Part shown: positions 13,544 through 28,245 of the stretch, one piece after another | Numbering within the stretch: the stretch's first letter is position 1 | Layout of the letters: each line of letters starts with the position of its first letter | DNA from: Monocercomonoides exilis PA203 | Taxonomy: Eukaryota > Protista > Preaxostyla | DNA length: 64,000 nt | Assembly: GCA_001643675.2 (NCBI GenBank) | Contig: LSRY02000041.1 | Span: 806,001 to 870,000, forward strand | Reading direction: 5' to 3' | Position numbers and translations under genes: made by a program | The notes under the pieces: model-generated | Databases searched by the model: none | The model's input: only the letters and a program-made list of their open reading frames with translations | What the model was told of the DNA's origin: nothing

Positions 13544-13689
13544 AAAACCAAAAGGAAAATTTTCAAAATTTTATTGAACAATGAAAAATAAAATGGAAAG
13601 CAAGGTTATAAATCTAATATTCTCAATATAAATAAATAAATAATTTTTTAAAACATAATATAACATAAACGAAACAACTTAATAACAAT

Positions 13690-14284
13690 TCAATTTTCTA
13701 ACACAAAGTCTGTAAGAGTTGGCTGTATACCAAAAGAATGAACAACCGGTTTGATGTTTTTCCAGTAAATAATCACAGGCTGATCGCCCTGGGCAAAGTT
13801 ATCTATTTGCTTCAATTTCTGCTTTCCATTGTTTGTTAAAGAATTATTATGAGGTAGAAATATATTTGGAAGGCGGTTAGAACAATCATCAATACATTCA
13901 TTATGAATCTTTCTGTTTGGATTATCATAACTGTCATTCTTCTTATTCGATTGCATTGTATTTTCAGTCTCAAACACAACAGCTTTCAATTCCACGTCTG
14001 CAAAAACTGAGTTGAAACTGAGAAAACAAGCTGTTCCCTGATAGGAAGCTTGGCAGTTTTTGAAATAACATCCACAAATTGACACAGAAGATGTGGCTTT
14101 GCAATGAAAACTGTGAAAAATTTGTGGTTTTTGAGGGAAAGCAGGAAATTGATAGGAAATATAGATAGCTCCGCCATTTGATTGAGAAGGTTGGTTGTTA
14201 GTTGATGATGATGATGATGAAAAATAAGAAGGAGAAGGAGAAGGAGAAGGAGAAGGAGAAGGAGAAGAAGAAGAAGAAGAATAA

Positions 14285-14317
<33 letters not shown>

Positions 14318-17300
14318 AACGAAAATGAAGAAATAGGATGATTGTAAACACAATTACTGAAATTAAAGTACGAACATGAATGCATATTACTTATAAAAGG
14401 GTGTTTGGAACAAAAAGGCATTGATATTGTTGTAAATGAAGGAGAAGATGAAAATGAAGAAGAAGAAGAATGAGAAGAAGAAGAAATAGAATGAGAAGGA
14501 GAAAGAGAAGAAGTATCTGAAGTTGTTACATTCTGATTAACACCGCCTGCACTGCAATTGATGAACTTGCAGCGGGCAAATGAAACAAAACGAGAAGAAG
14601 ACTCAACAAAAAAGCAGCCGCCGTGTAACACAGAGGAACATGAACTGAAAGTGCAATTCTCAACATTCAGAGAGGAGGAAGGGGAAGGATAGCAGAAAGA
14701 GGAAGAAGAAGAAGAGGGAGAGGAAGAAAGAGAGGATGAGGAGGAAGAAAAGCGAGAAGAAGAAGAAGATGATGATGATGAACAACAACAAGAAGAAGAA
14801 AGAGAATGATCGGAAGAGAAACGTGAAGAAGCTGAAGAGGCTGTTGAATTGCTAAAAGTATGAATGAAATCGCTAAGCGACAAAATAGAACCCGAGGAAA
14901 AAGTATGAAAAGAACTAAAATTTGATGATTTGATTGAAACAGACAAAAAATGATTGGAAGAAGAAAAGGAAGGAGAAGAAGAGAAGGAAGAGGAAGAAGA
15001 GGATTGGGAAGAAGGAAAAGTGGAAGAAGGAGAAGGAGAAGAAGAAGTTGATGACGATGAAGATGACGATTGTTCCATCGAACAAGAGCAAGCAATAAGA
15101 GAAGAAGACATATTTATAGGCAGATCAACATTATGTGCTGGCAAATCCACAGAAATATCAGAAAGAGAAGCATCCAATTCGGCAATGTTCAAATAGGAAG
15201 TTTCTTTTGGACAGCATTTGATGAGAGAAAATGACATTATCCAGTTTGAGTCAAAGGGAACAGAAGCAGAAAAGGACAAAAAGGAAGAGTTTATTAGCAA
15301 ATGGCCAGATGTCAAGAGAAGAAGGGAATCGTGACGAAGAAAAGGAGGGATTTGAAAGTTGACAAGGGAAAAAGAAAGAGAAGGAGAAAATGAGGAGGAT
15401 GATGATGATGAAGAGGAGGAAGGAGATGATGAAGAAACATCTTCACTTTGTTCACTTTCTCCACAAATAAACCTTCCATTCGACTTCCACCTGAGTAATC
15501 CAAACTTTCTCGTCTCTCCTCCTCCTTCTCCTATTCCTTCTCCTCCTTCTCCACTTCTTCCACTTCTTTCCCCTCCATTAATCTCCACATCACCCGCCAC
15601 AAGGGAAGAAGAGAACACTTCATCCACATCCATCGTGTCGAAGACGATGATGGCGTGTTTCAGCAATGAAGAAGACTGGAGCCTGTGAATGGCCATTGCA
15701 AGTGTGGCACATTTATTTGTGGAGAAAGAGGAGGAAGAAGAGGAGAAAGAAGAAGAAGATGATGTGGAAGAAGAAGAAGAATCAAACGAATTATGCATTT
15801 CACTTCTTTCATCTCCACTCCCACCTCCACAGCATTCTGTATCTTCTCCTGTGTCCGAATCAACAGCTACTCCAAACTTAATCCCCATCAAACTCTCCTG
15901 ATCTTCCAGGCAGCTTCCATCAGGCAACTCAATTTCGCTCCTGTTCTTCATCACAAACTCCTCCGAATAGAAAGGTAAGCTCACAAGTTTGTATTCTCTT
16001 GTCTCTGGCTCCACAACCCAGTTGTCTTCCCACCTCGCCACACGCACCGCTACTTCTTCTTCCTTCTGTGTCCATTTCAGAAGATGAGAAGGAATTTTGC
16101 CTATTGCTTCTTCTTCGTTGTGATAATCGGTGAAGGGAAAGGGGTAAATGATGGTGGAGTTGTGGAAGCGAGAAATAAGTTCATAGGACATGTTGCATGG
16201 GAGAAGCAAAGAACCAGAGAAGGTGAGGCGGGAATACCAGGAAGAAGAAGAAGGAGAAGAAGGAGAAGAAAATGAGGAGGAACAGGAAGAAGGAGAAGAA
16301 GATGAATTAGAAGAAAGAGAATTAGGAGATTGAGATAAAAAAGTGTCTGAAGACAAAGATGAAGAAGAAGACAATGTTGTTGATGATGATAAATGTGTTG
16401 TTTCATCTGCATCTTCAACAGCAATTGAATCCAAATTCGTGACAAACAGCTGTGGAAGTCTTTTTTCCTCGAACATCTGCCCAACAACTGCACATCCCTT
16501 GTTGAGAATCCACAAAGAAGCTAAAGATTCATCTATAACGCTTTCTTTTGTTGGAAAATTTTGATCATTTTCTTGTTTATTTTGAAAATTTCCTTCTTTT
16601 TCTGTAAAGTTTCTTCTTTTCATATTTCGTTTTTCATTCTTCTTTTGAGGTAGATTGGGAGAATAGGATGAAGAAGAATGACTCATAAACCGCAAACTGG
16701 ACACATTCAAAATGCATTCAATAGATTGGCTTTGAAGTAAAGATGAAGAAGAATAAGGTGAATAAGAATGATGAGAAGAAAGAGAAGAAGATGATGATGA
16801 TGAAGCATAAGACTGCTGCCCAGTTCTTTCGCACAGAATATTCCTTCGAACCTGACTGTAATTTGGGATCTGTGGATTGTTTGAATGAAAATAAACATCA
16901 GAAAGAGAAACAATGCTGTCACAGATAGAAAGTGCGCCTTCAGATGAAAAAGACAAAGATGAGTTGCAAATAGAGGCAAAGGAATTGCGAATATGAAGCA
17001 TAGAACCGTTCCAGTGGCATATGAGATCGGCAGAGGAGACAGAGAAACGTGATGAAAAAGATGAAAATTTTGATTTTGGAGAATGGATACAAGAATTTTT
17101 CATATAAATACAATCTGAAGATGATAAATCTGAAGAAGATAAAGAAGATAAAGAAGAAGATGAAAAAGAAGAAGAAGAAGATAATGATGATGATGATGAT
17201 GATGACATCAATGCTTCCACATCCCCCACGAATTCACAGTCTGTCAATGAAAGTTGAGGAACATTTGCAAATTCTGCAATCTGCCCTTTGATTGAAGGTG

Positions 17301-20300
17301 TGGAGCAACCAGCAAAAGAGCAATTGAAAAGAGAGACGGAAACTGGGTGATTATTAAATTCTTCATTGAACAAACTGTTTTGTTTGGAATTTTGTGTGTT
17401 TTTGTGTTTTCTATGAGAATTCAATTGATTCCTGTCAAAATCAGAATTTCTGAATGTGATTAAGATAACAGCTGGTCCAATGTGTGTTCGTGAAATGTTT
17501 GTGAATGTGGAACTAGAAAGAGAAAATGTGATTGGCTCATTGATGTCAGCTGTTTCATCGGAGGAAGAAAAGGAGGAAGAGGAAGAAGAAGAAGAAGTAG
17601 AAGAAGAAGAAGAAGAAGAAGAGGAAGAATCCAAAGAAGAAATAAAAGATGCCTCAGAAGTGAACGAGACATTACGTGCAGCCATCTTATTCAGTTTGAT
17701 CTTCTGTGAAAGCGATACAGCCACAACAGGAGCAGACAGCGCAGCTCTTTCAACTTCTATTCCATCTGCTTCTACATTACAGTTGCCATCAACAAGAAGT
17801 GCAGAAGAGGAAGAAGAGGAGGAGGAAAAGGAAGAGGGAGAGGAATAAGAAGGAGAAGTTAATAATGATGATGTTAATGTTCCAACTGAATAAACACCTG
17901 CTGTGTAGTTAATGTCACATAGCTTCACATTCTCAAGATGAAGAAAAGCTCCTTTTTGAGTACAAAACACAGAGGATGATAGAGAAAGATGGTGAATTTG
18001 CACTTCATTCAGTTCGCATCTTCCTTTTCTCAGGTGGAAAAGCGAGTGAGGAAGCAAGAAAAGCGACGAGGGATCGTTCAAACTGTCATCAGATGAGGAA
18101 ATTTCACAGGAAGAAAGAGAAAAAGTTCCGTTGTGCTGATAAAAGAGTGAAGGATGCTGTGAAACAAAGGATTCTCCAATGAATATGCTGACACTTTCAA
18201 CAGAAACTGAATCAATTGCAAACAAAATGGCACCTGATGAGGAATAACTGCGAGAAATGGAAGAGTTAAGCAGCAAAGTTGCTTTGGAATTGCTTTTTTG
18301 TTTGTAAAATTTTGAACTGTGGTGATTTATGTTATTATTATCATTATTTATGTTTTCATTTGAACTCCCTTCAATTTTCAATGAAACAAGAACGCATTCA
18401 CCTTCTACACTGCATTTCTGGTTGATAACAATCCTTCTTGTCATCAACTCATTCTCAACTGGATTCAATGAAATTCTGTTTTTTCCCTTCAATTTCAAAG
18501 AATTAATCTTTTTGTTTCTTTGTTTATTCGCTCCATATTCAGTTCTCTCAAGTGCCTTCAAATGTGCCACACCAACCTCCAACGTAGAGCAAGGCTTAAC
18601 TTCACTCCCACATTCCTTCTCATTGATGTCTCCTCTTCCTCCTCCTCCTCCTCCACTTCCATTGCCAGCCACATACACACACTCATACAATGTGTTTGAT
18701 AGATATGCTTCGAGCAAATCCACAACAAAGTCCTCTTCATTACTGTTATCTTCATTATCATTGTTATTATACACCGATGAAGAAGAAAGAAAAGAAGATG
18801 AAGACAAGCAATCTGTCCCAATATCGCATTCCGCTGCACAAATCACACTGCCTCCTGAAATAAGACTTGTGGAATTACTGAAAGTGCAACCAAACCTCCC
18901 AACGTTCATCTGCAATGCCAATGAATTGCATATGAAGAATATGTCTTTTCCTTGTTTTGCTTCGTTTTGTGTGAATGTGACGTTATCAAACACAAATGGA
19001 AGATGAGGAAGAAAAGGGAAATTTGGTGAAGAAATAGAAACATGAGGATCGGAGCAGTTGATGAAGACTGCTCCGCCTTTGCCTTCTGTTGTGGAGCAGG
19101 AACAAGAGGCGAATGTGGTGCGGGATATGGTGAGGGATGAATGCTCAGTTGTGTCAGAGATTAGAGAAGAAGAGGAAGAAGAAGAAGAAGAAGGAATAGA
19201 AATCGAATGAGAAGAATGAGGAATTCTTGATGGAGATTTTGGGTGGTTTAATTGAGATGCAGAAGAAGAAGAAGAATCAGCTAAATACACATCTTCAGGT
19301 GTTTCATCATTAAATGTGGGCAGAGCAAGTGAAAATAACGCCACTCCTCCGAATTTGGAGTTCAGTGAAGAGCAGGAAGAGAATGAGCAGTCAGACAAAA
19401 CAATGTGGAGAGGGGAAAAAGTGTTGAAAGGAGAAACGAGGGGAAGAGTATGTGTGCTTTGGATGTTGGTTAGGTTTGTGGAGTTGAAGAGGAGATGGAA
19501 GGAGGAAGGAGAGGAAGACGAGGAAGACGAGGAAGACGAAAAAGAGGAAGAAGAGGAAGAAGAAGAAAAAGAAAATGAATGAGAAGAAAATGGAGAAATC
19601 GAATCAGAAGAAGAAGAAGAAGAAATAGAATTCAAAGAAGGTGTTGAACACATAGACGATAAAGAAGATGTCGTCAACCTCCTTTCTTCCTCTTCTTCTC
19701 CTCTATCTTCCACCTCCACAAGTGGATGATTCTTCATTGACACATTCTGCAGCGAGCAGTTGCTGAAGATGAGGAGAAAAGAAGCTGAAAAACAAGACTT
19801 CACAAACCACGCCGTGAAGACATTGTTTGTGTTGAATGCAAAAACACAGCCGGAGAAATTTAATTCTCCGGATTTTGCCTCGCACAAGCTGAAGTCGATG
19901 GCTAAGCTGCCGACGCTGTCAGACAAAGAGAACAAGCAATTGTGCATGGAGAGAGAAGGGCCGTGGGTGAGGAGGAGGGCTTGGATTGGGGGAGAGGAAG
20001 AAGAAGTGGAAAAGGAAGAAGAAGATGATGATAAAGATGAAAGAGATGAAAGAGAAGATGAAGAAGATGAAGAAAAAGATAACACATTCCTAGATAATTT
20101 CGAAATAGCACTCGGAAACAGGATTTGTACTGAGTCAAACGTCAAAACGCCAAAGTTCTCAAGAACAGCTGAAGAATCTCCATAATTGACAGGCTCAATG
20201 GTTAGCTCAGCATATGTCATGTCATTTGAAGAAGGATTTATTTGATTGTTGGAAGAAGGAGAGGAGGAAAAAGAAGATGATGATGACGATGATGAAGACG

Positions 20301-23300
20301 ATGGGAAATGATGGTTATTATTATTCTTGAAAGCATATGAAGAAGAAAAAGAAGAAGACAAAGAGGAAGAACGAGGAGAAGAAAGAGAAGAAGAATAACC
20401 AGAATCTTCGCTTCTGCTTGGACGAATTAATAGATTGTTCAGTTTGTACGTGCTGTTCAGGCGAAGAGGGCTAACAATGTTGATTGCAGTTAAAACTCCC
20501 TCTTTCTCTAATCTTGTACGAAACTCATTCATTTGTCTCATTTTTTTCACATTCTCTTCTTCATTACTTGCGTTTTTCGTATTTCTTTTTGTTTTAACAG
20601 TTTCTTCTTCTCTTTCTCTTTCTCCTTCTCCTTCTCCCTCTGACTCATTCATTTCACTTTCTCCTTCTCCATCTCCTTCCCTCACATGTTTCACCGCCTC
20701 CTCCAGACTCAAGCACGGAGTCTCCTTTCTTCCACACAGAAACCAATCTCTTCCTTTGCCCTCTGGAATGGACAAGCCATCTACAAACACCTCATCCAAC
20801 TTCTCATTCATCAAAGGCAGGCAATCAATGGGAATATCATTGTGCTCGTTCTCATCCACCCCAAAAAACGCATTTGACACGTTAAACACAGAAAGAGAAA
20901 AATCCATGTCAAATTTGGAGATTTGACATGCAGATGACAAGTTGCAGCAGGAAATGAAGAGATCGCTGCCGTATTTGGCTTTGTTTGCGGTGAATGTGAC
21001 CGTTTTGAACAGGAAATTGTCAGTTAGAGAGGAATCTGAAGAAGAGAGAGGGTGGAAATTTTTATTGGTTAATTGTTGTTGGTTTATTGGGTGTTTGAGA
21101 GAATTTTGTTTGTTTTTGATGGAAGAGTGAAGGTTTCTTCTGCTTTTATAACAGCAGTTTTCTTTGTTCTGTTTTGTATTCAAACCAGAAATGTAATCGA
21201 TATTGTCCTTCTTGTTTATTTTTTCTCCTTCGTTATATTCTCTTTCTCTTCTGTTATAACGTTTATTTCCTCTTCTACTGTTTCCATTTCCTTCTCCTCC
21301 TCCTTCTCCTTCTCCACTTCCACTTCCACTTCCACACCCTCCACAATCCAAATAAACTGCTCCTCCTCTTCCTTCACTCTCGTTCTCTGCTTCGCATTCC
21401 TCAAACACACAATTTTCAGCCACAAAATCGCTGCCGGCAAAAATATTGACTCGAATTGCGCCTCCTTTTGAGATTTCAGAGGAGCCAGCGAAGGAAAGAG
21501 AGGTGTTGGAGAGATGGAGGGAGAGGGAAGGATAAATAGAAGAGGAGGAAGAAGAAGTTGATTGCGATAATGAAGATGAAGATGAAGATGATGCATCTCC
21601 TGTATCTTCAAATAGTGCAGAAGAAGAAGAAGGAAATGAAGACAATGTAAAATTGATGAAATGAATAAAAGGAATGTCATTTGAATTTGATGAAGCAAGA
21701 TGTGATGATGTAAAAGAAGAAGAGGAAGAGGAAGAAGAGAAAGAAGAAGAAGAAGAAGAAACATGCTTAATTTTCACCAAAGAATTGCAATCAACAGAAG
21801 AAGGATTAAACACATTGGATAGATTTGTGTTGCAAAACAAGAAACCAGAGGAAAAAGAAGGAGAAGAAGATGATGATAATGATGATGATGAAGGAGAAGA
21901 AGAAGAAGAAAGAGAAGAAAATGGAGAAGAAGGAGAAGGAGGAGGAGGAGGAGAAGGAGAAGAAGAAAGAGAAGGCAAAGAAGACAACGAAAACACAATA
22001 AAAGGAGAAGATAGAGAAATAGGTGTGTTTGTATTAGAGAGTTGGAAGTTGTCGATTGAAGCTGTTCCACCTATGATGGACAGAAAAGAGAAGGAAAGAG
22101 AGGAAGAGGTAGAGGTAGAGGTAGAAGAAGAAGAAGAAGAAGAAGAAGAAAAGGAAGAAGAAGAAGTGCTGCTTGCAACAATCAGATGGCAATGTGAGAT
22201 TGAAGCATCGCCTGACAGAACAAGCAGAAGAGAAGAAATCAAATGAGCGTTTGAATGAAAAAATGTCTTTGAATAAGAAGCGGAAGAAGAAGTGGAAGAA
22301 GAAGATGATGATGATGATGCAGATTGTTGTGAAGCGCTCGTTTCAGATGAAGGACAAAAAGACAAAGAAGAAGAATTCAAAGAAGTTGAGGGAGAAGAAA
22401 AAGAAGAAGAAAAAGAAAAATATGAAGATGAAGAAGAGGAAGAGGAAGAAGAAGAAGAAGAAGAAGAAGATTGCACCACAGATTCAATCGAAGTGCCGCA
22501 TTTGAGGCAGATGAAGCAGATGGCGAAGGAGCCTTCAGTTTGAATGGCAGCTTCGCAGTCGTCGCTCAACTGGATGGGAATGACAAGGTCTGCAGAGAAG
22601 GAATAAGAGGAAGATGGAGATGATTGTGAAGAATAAGAAGAAGAGGAAGGAGAAGAAGAGGAGGAGGAAAAGGAAGAAGAGGAAGAAGAAGATGGTGATG
22701 ATGATGATGAGTGGGAAGAAGAGGAGGAAGAAGAAGAAGACTCACTCACTTTCTTCATCCCCTCCCTCTCTTCTCCATTTTCTCCATTCCCCTTGTACCC
22801 TGTATATCCCAGCGGCCTAACCTTCACATTCACCAACCTCACGCTCTCTGTCATTGTCGCCCTTCCAAACACATTTATCTTCGCCTGCATTGAACTCTTC
22901 CCTGTCATCACATGATTCTGCGCCTCTGATAGAGTCAAGCACGGCGATTCCACACTTCCACACCTGTGCCAATCTCGTCCTTCTCCATCTTCTCCTTCAC
23001 TTCCTCCTCCTCCTCCTCTCCCATCCACATACACCTCCTCCGCCACATATCGCAAAAAAAACAAAAGCGTCTCGTCTCTGTTGATTTCGCAGTCCCTTCC
23101 AAACAGCGCATTTTCTTCTGCAAATGCAGACGCTGTGAAATCCAGCTTAATCTTCTCTTCCTTCACACTTTCGCTCAGATCCCTCGCAAACACAAACAGA
23201 TCTCGTCCAATTGTCGCCAAATTTGAGGTGAACAGCATCGCTTGCAACAGAAATTCATCTCCTTGTTGGCAGTTCAAATAAATGCCTCCTCCTCTGCCTT

Positions 23301-26300
23301 CATTCTGCGTGTGTTGTGGCTGCACAGAGCAAGTGCTTTCGATGACGTAGGAAGAAATGAACTGGATTTGGCTGTTTGGATTGAGGATGAGGCAGAACCC
23401 TCCGCCTGCGGTAGACATTTCACTGGCACAGTGAGAGACTATGGAATTGTTGAGGAGGAAGAGGAAGGAGGAGGAAGAGGAAAGGGAAGAAGAAGATGTT
23501 GATGATGAAGAGGATAATGATGAAGTGGATGATGTGGAAGAAAGAGAAGAAGGATGAGCAGTCTTGTGAAATGGCTGAAATGAATGCGAAGTGTCTGATG
23601 GATGAAGATTATGAGATGAATGAGAAAAATGAGAAGGATTCGACGAATGTGATGAATGACATGAATAAGATGCATAAGATGAATAAGAAGAGGGTGAGTG
23701 TGTGGAAGGAGAGCCACACAAAGCAGGCGAAGGAGCAGTTGAAGCGAAACCAGAGATGTTTGTCTGTGTGATGTTGATGATGTTGATGAAAGTGTCATCG
23801 TTGAATGAATTGGATGGTTTAAGAGGTTTTATTGTTTTTATTGGTTTATTTGGTTTAATTGCATTACCTTTGTGTTGTTTAGCATTCACTTTGCGTGGAT
23901 GTTGGTGAAGAGAGCGAAATGAAGAATGAGAAGAAGAGGAAGAAGAAAAAGAAGTTGATGCTGGTGTTGATGATGATGATTTTGATGGTGAAGATGGAGT
24001 AGAAAAACGGTGTGAAAAACAAGAATCTCTTAACTCCGAATCTGATGGATTATTCCCGCCATCCGATCCATCAAGAGCATCAAAAGCATCAAAGCCAGCA
24101 AAATTATCAGAGTTATCAACGCCATCAGAAACAATAGAACTGTCAGTGTTTTCAGAAATTTCAGTGTTATCAATGTTGTCAAAGTTATCCAATTCATTCC
24201 CATTGTCAGGGCATTTATGAAGCAATGGATCAAACAGCTGTGAGTCAAACAGAAGCGAAATGAACGGCGCGTTCAATGAGAACGTGGTCAAAAGCGAGCG
24301 TTCAACCAAAAGCGAGCCGCCTTCCAGCACAATCACTCCGCTTTCGAAGCTGAGGTTGAAGTGGAGGAGAGGAGAATAGAGGTTGACATCGATGAGGCTG
24401 AGGGAGTAGGAAGGGGAAGAGGATGAAGAGGAGGAGGAAGATGAAGAGGAAGAAGACGTGGAAGAAAAAGAGGAAGATGAAGAGGATGAAGATGAATATG
24501 AAGAAGAACGAAGAACTCTGAAAATCGGCTGTCTGTTTGTTTGTTCTAAGCTCAAATCGCACGTGATATTGAGCGTCGCCATCGTCAGCATCCCTCCTCT
24601 TTCTCCTCTTCCTCCCGCGTCAATCTCAAACCACGTCTCAAACTGCTGTGTGTGTGTGTCAATCAGCTTCGTCCTATACGCCTTCGCCACATTTGCCTTC
24701 CCCTGTACGAATATTTCTCTCTTCCCGACTTCAATCGTGCCTTCTTCCCACTCAAACGTCGCATTTGGCGTCTGCACCACTGTCCCTGCCTCTCCCCCAC
24801 ACCTCCTGATCGCCACATACACGTCTGCACACGGAATCACCCTGTTGATCCCACAATACGCGTCCTGTGAGATCTTCATCAACTCGTCCTTCACAATGCG
24901 GTGCGCCACGTGCGTGCTGAGCCAGCCGTTCAGATAGCGCCGCTCCTGTGAAAAGAACACAGTGCGGTTGGTAGGATTTGTCGTGACACATTCTTCAAAC
25001 GGGTTTGAACCGGGAACAGTCACAGCCCCGTTCACGACGAAGTCACAGCCAGTGCTGTTGACCGTGCAGTGGTAGAAGAGACACAGGCGGAACGAAAGGA
25101 AAGAAGAGAGCTGGGAGACAGGGAAGAGGAAAGAGAGACATACTGCCCCGCTGTCGTTGAAAGTGGAGACGCTTGTGTTGAACACGTTTTCGAGGATGTT
25201 GACTGGAACGCTGTTGGAAGAAAGGGGTGGAGAGTTGGAAGAGAAGGGGGTGTGAAGAGGATGGGATCGAGAAGAAGAAGAAGAAAGAAGATGTTTGTTT
25301 GAGCCATTCTTTTGTTCATCAGCAGCTAACGCATCCAATTCATCCTCTGCTTCCTCCTCTTCTTCTCCTCTTCCACTTCCAATTCCCTCTGTATTATGCA
25401 TCTCCACCCTGTCAATGCTACTACTGCTACTGCTACTACTCTGTGTGCTTTCCACATACACCGCGCCTGCCAGCAGCTTCGCCGAGCACGACGTGAACAA
25501 ACACTCCGCCACAATCACACAGTCCACCGCATCAGTCACAAACAGCGCCCCGCCGCTCCCTTGCTTCGCGGAGCACTCCAGGAACACGTTGCTCGTGAAG
25601 TTGACTTTGTACACGTGAGAGGCGTACAACATTCCCCCGTTCAGACCGGCTTCGGCATAGCTGGCATCGCATCGGTACATGCTGAGTGCATAAAGAGGGG
25701 AAGGCGATGTTCCTGTGCCGTGAATGAAAATCGCACCGCCGCAACAGTCTGAAGAGCCAGCAGTGCATGCAGCAGACTGTGGTGTCTTTGAGCGCACGAA
25801 CGAGGCGCTGTTGAAAGATGCATCTGCGTGAAGAAGCTGCTGCTCAAAGAAATAACCAGATTGTGAATTGTTCTTCTGATGAAAAGTATCGAAAGAATTT
25901 GATTGGTCCCTGGTGCGCTGCTTGCAGTCGGTGAATGTGCAGTTTGTGCAGCTGAAATGACTGCATCGCCCGTCAATACCATGAACTACACCGCTTGAGA
26001 AGCTGTCTTCAACATTTTCAAAAGACGAGTCAAAAAGACAACAGCACTCTCCAAAAGAAAAATGATTCAGTGAAATGTTTGTTTGAGGATTTAGCGATGT
26101 TGTTCTTGTGTTGGTGGAATTGGAAAAAGAACAACTTTGAACGATGGCAGTTTGATATAATCCTGAAGCAAGAAAGGATGAAGAAATATCAGTGAATTTC
26201 ATATCGCAATGTGAAATTTCAGATGAAAAAATGTACATATGTCCTCTTTTCTCCAATGAATGCATCAGTGGAGATGTAAAATTTTTTGCTGAAGTTGAAA

Positions 26301-26739
26301 ATTCAAAACTGACATTACGTAAATAAATACAACCTTCACATTGAAAAAGAGCTTCGTGTTGAAAATGAGAGAAATAAAACGTGCAACGAGAAAAAGAACT
26401 TTTTGAAGTTGAAGATAAAGAGCCAAATGATCGATTATAAGCCCATTCAAATTTCACCATGTCCAAGAAAGTGGAAGAATTTCTAAATTGAATACAGAAA
26501 GGAATTTGAGATGGAGGAAAAAATAGATGACATGTGGAATTCGAATTATCTTTCAGGGTTGTTGAAGAAATATCATATTGCCTTGTTGAATTAGATCCAA
26601 GCAAAAACGATTTAAAAGAATTGTTTTTTGTGTTGCATTCTGTTTCCGAAAAAGAAGATATAAATACGCTCGGCTGGCTATAGGCAAAAATTAGTAGATA
26701 CAATAAAATGAAAAGATGAGCGCGACAAAGTGTATGCAT
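13690..26739 (-). CDS. 4349-aa secreted/surface Ser-rich protein with repeated Cys modules and GGA(I/V)/FxxN beta-helix-like repeats
   Basis: Unbroken ORF. Signal-peptide-like N-terminus (MHTLCRAHLFILLYLLIFAYSQ). Recurrent V(Y/F)V..G.D...CG....PC.(T/S)L and GRGGA(I/V)(Y/F)..C..F..N.A..G.D(L/I)F modules; many poly-Ser inserts. Confidence 0.88.
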
Positions 26740-27378
26740 AAATAATATTCATAAAAAAACAATATTAATTCATTTAAATAAAAATATGGTGGATATGATC
26801 TTTCTGAGAAAAATTGAATGAATTAAATCAACTCATTTTTCAATATATGAATGTATGTGTTGGAGACATTTGTTCATCATTTCTTTGTCAATAATTAATT
26901 ATGGTGAATGGAAAATTGTCAACTTGGGATTATCAAGAATTATAATAAAACTCCAACAAGAATGCTCCTGACTTGTGCGTGAAAGATTCATGTCTATTTC
27001 AAAAGGAACTTCAAACAAGATGAAAAAAGTGTAGAATTGAAAAAAAGAAAAAGTTTTTTCAATTCTTTTTTAAAAATGAAGCTATTTCGCATCACGAATT
27101 GATTTTGTGTTCGATGCGTACACATTTTAAATATTCAAAAATTTAACAAAAGTTTTTTTTAAAGAAATAAAAACAGTGAGAAAAGATCATGAACAAATTT
27201 CAAACAAAAATAAAATAGAATAAAACTGAACAAACAAATAGACAAATAGAAATAAATAAAAAATGAAATGAAATGAAATGAAATGAAACAAAGAAAGACA
27301 AATAAACAAAAAAATAAATTGTAATTTGTATGTAAAATGCAAGTGGAAAAAAAGAGAAAGAAAGATAAAGATAGATAA

Positions 27379-27379
<1 letters not shown>

Positions 27380-27409
<30 letters not shown>

Positions 27410-27424
27410 AAGAAAGAAAGAGAG

Positions 27425-27503
<79 letters not shown>
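27380..27503. repeat. (GA)n/(GAAA)n microsatellite just 3' of the Yif1-like stop codon
   Basis: Directly visible. Confidence 0.85.
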
Positions 27504-27508
<5 letters not shown>

Positions 27509-27522
27509 AAATGAAGAAAGAG

Positions 27523-28212
27523 CTATTTCCATAAACCCCAGACAACAATCAATATGAGGACTAATGGCTGCTCAATGTAAATGAACAGAGAAAGCAAGAT
27601 AAGCAAAGGTGATTGAGATGAAGGAGAAGAAGATGATGAGGAGGAGGAAGAAGAAGAAGAAGAAGAGGAAGAAGAAGATGATGATGATGATGATGAGGAA
27701 GAGGCCAATAAAGAAGAAAAGGGAGGAGAAGAAGAAGAAGAAGAGGAAAAAGAAGAAGGATTCTGTATTTGAGTGGTTTCTGACAGTTTATTTGGTTCTT
27801 GTGTGGCTGAAGTGGCAGCTGATGGCTTTGAAAAGAAGTCAAATAATTTTGGAATAAGAACAATATTGTTTGATATAGTTTTAACCTGTACATAAATTAA
27901 ATGAAAGAAAATGAAAGGAAAGGAAATGAAGAAAGAAAGAAAGAAAAAGAGAAAGAGAAAGAGAAAGAGAAAGAGAAAGAAAAAGAAAAAGAAAAAGAAA
28001 AAGAAAAAGAAAAAGAAAAAGAAAAAGAAAAGAAAAATTGAAAAATATTAAGGTGTTATAAAAAATGAAGAGTGGAAATAAAACAAAGAAAAATATGTTT
28101 GCAATTAAAATTGATTGAATGGTGATCATGAAAATGCGATTTTCTCTCTTTTTTTCTCTCTTTTCTTCATTTTCTTTTATCTTTTATCTTTTCTTCTTCT
28201 TTTTTCTTTCTT

Positions 28213-28245
<33 letters not shown>

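Noticed and set aside
13986-26450. Numerous short antisense or alternate-frame poly-E, poly-L and poly-K ORFs (also at 1-5 kb and 52-60 kb)
   Set aside because: Shadows of triplet repeats in the long real ORFs.
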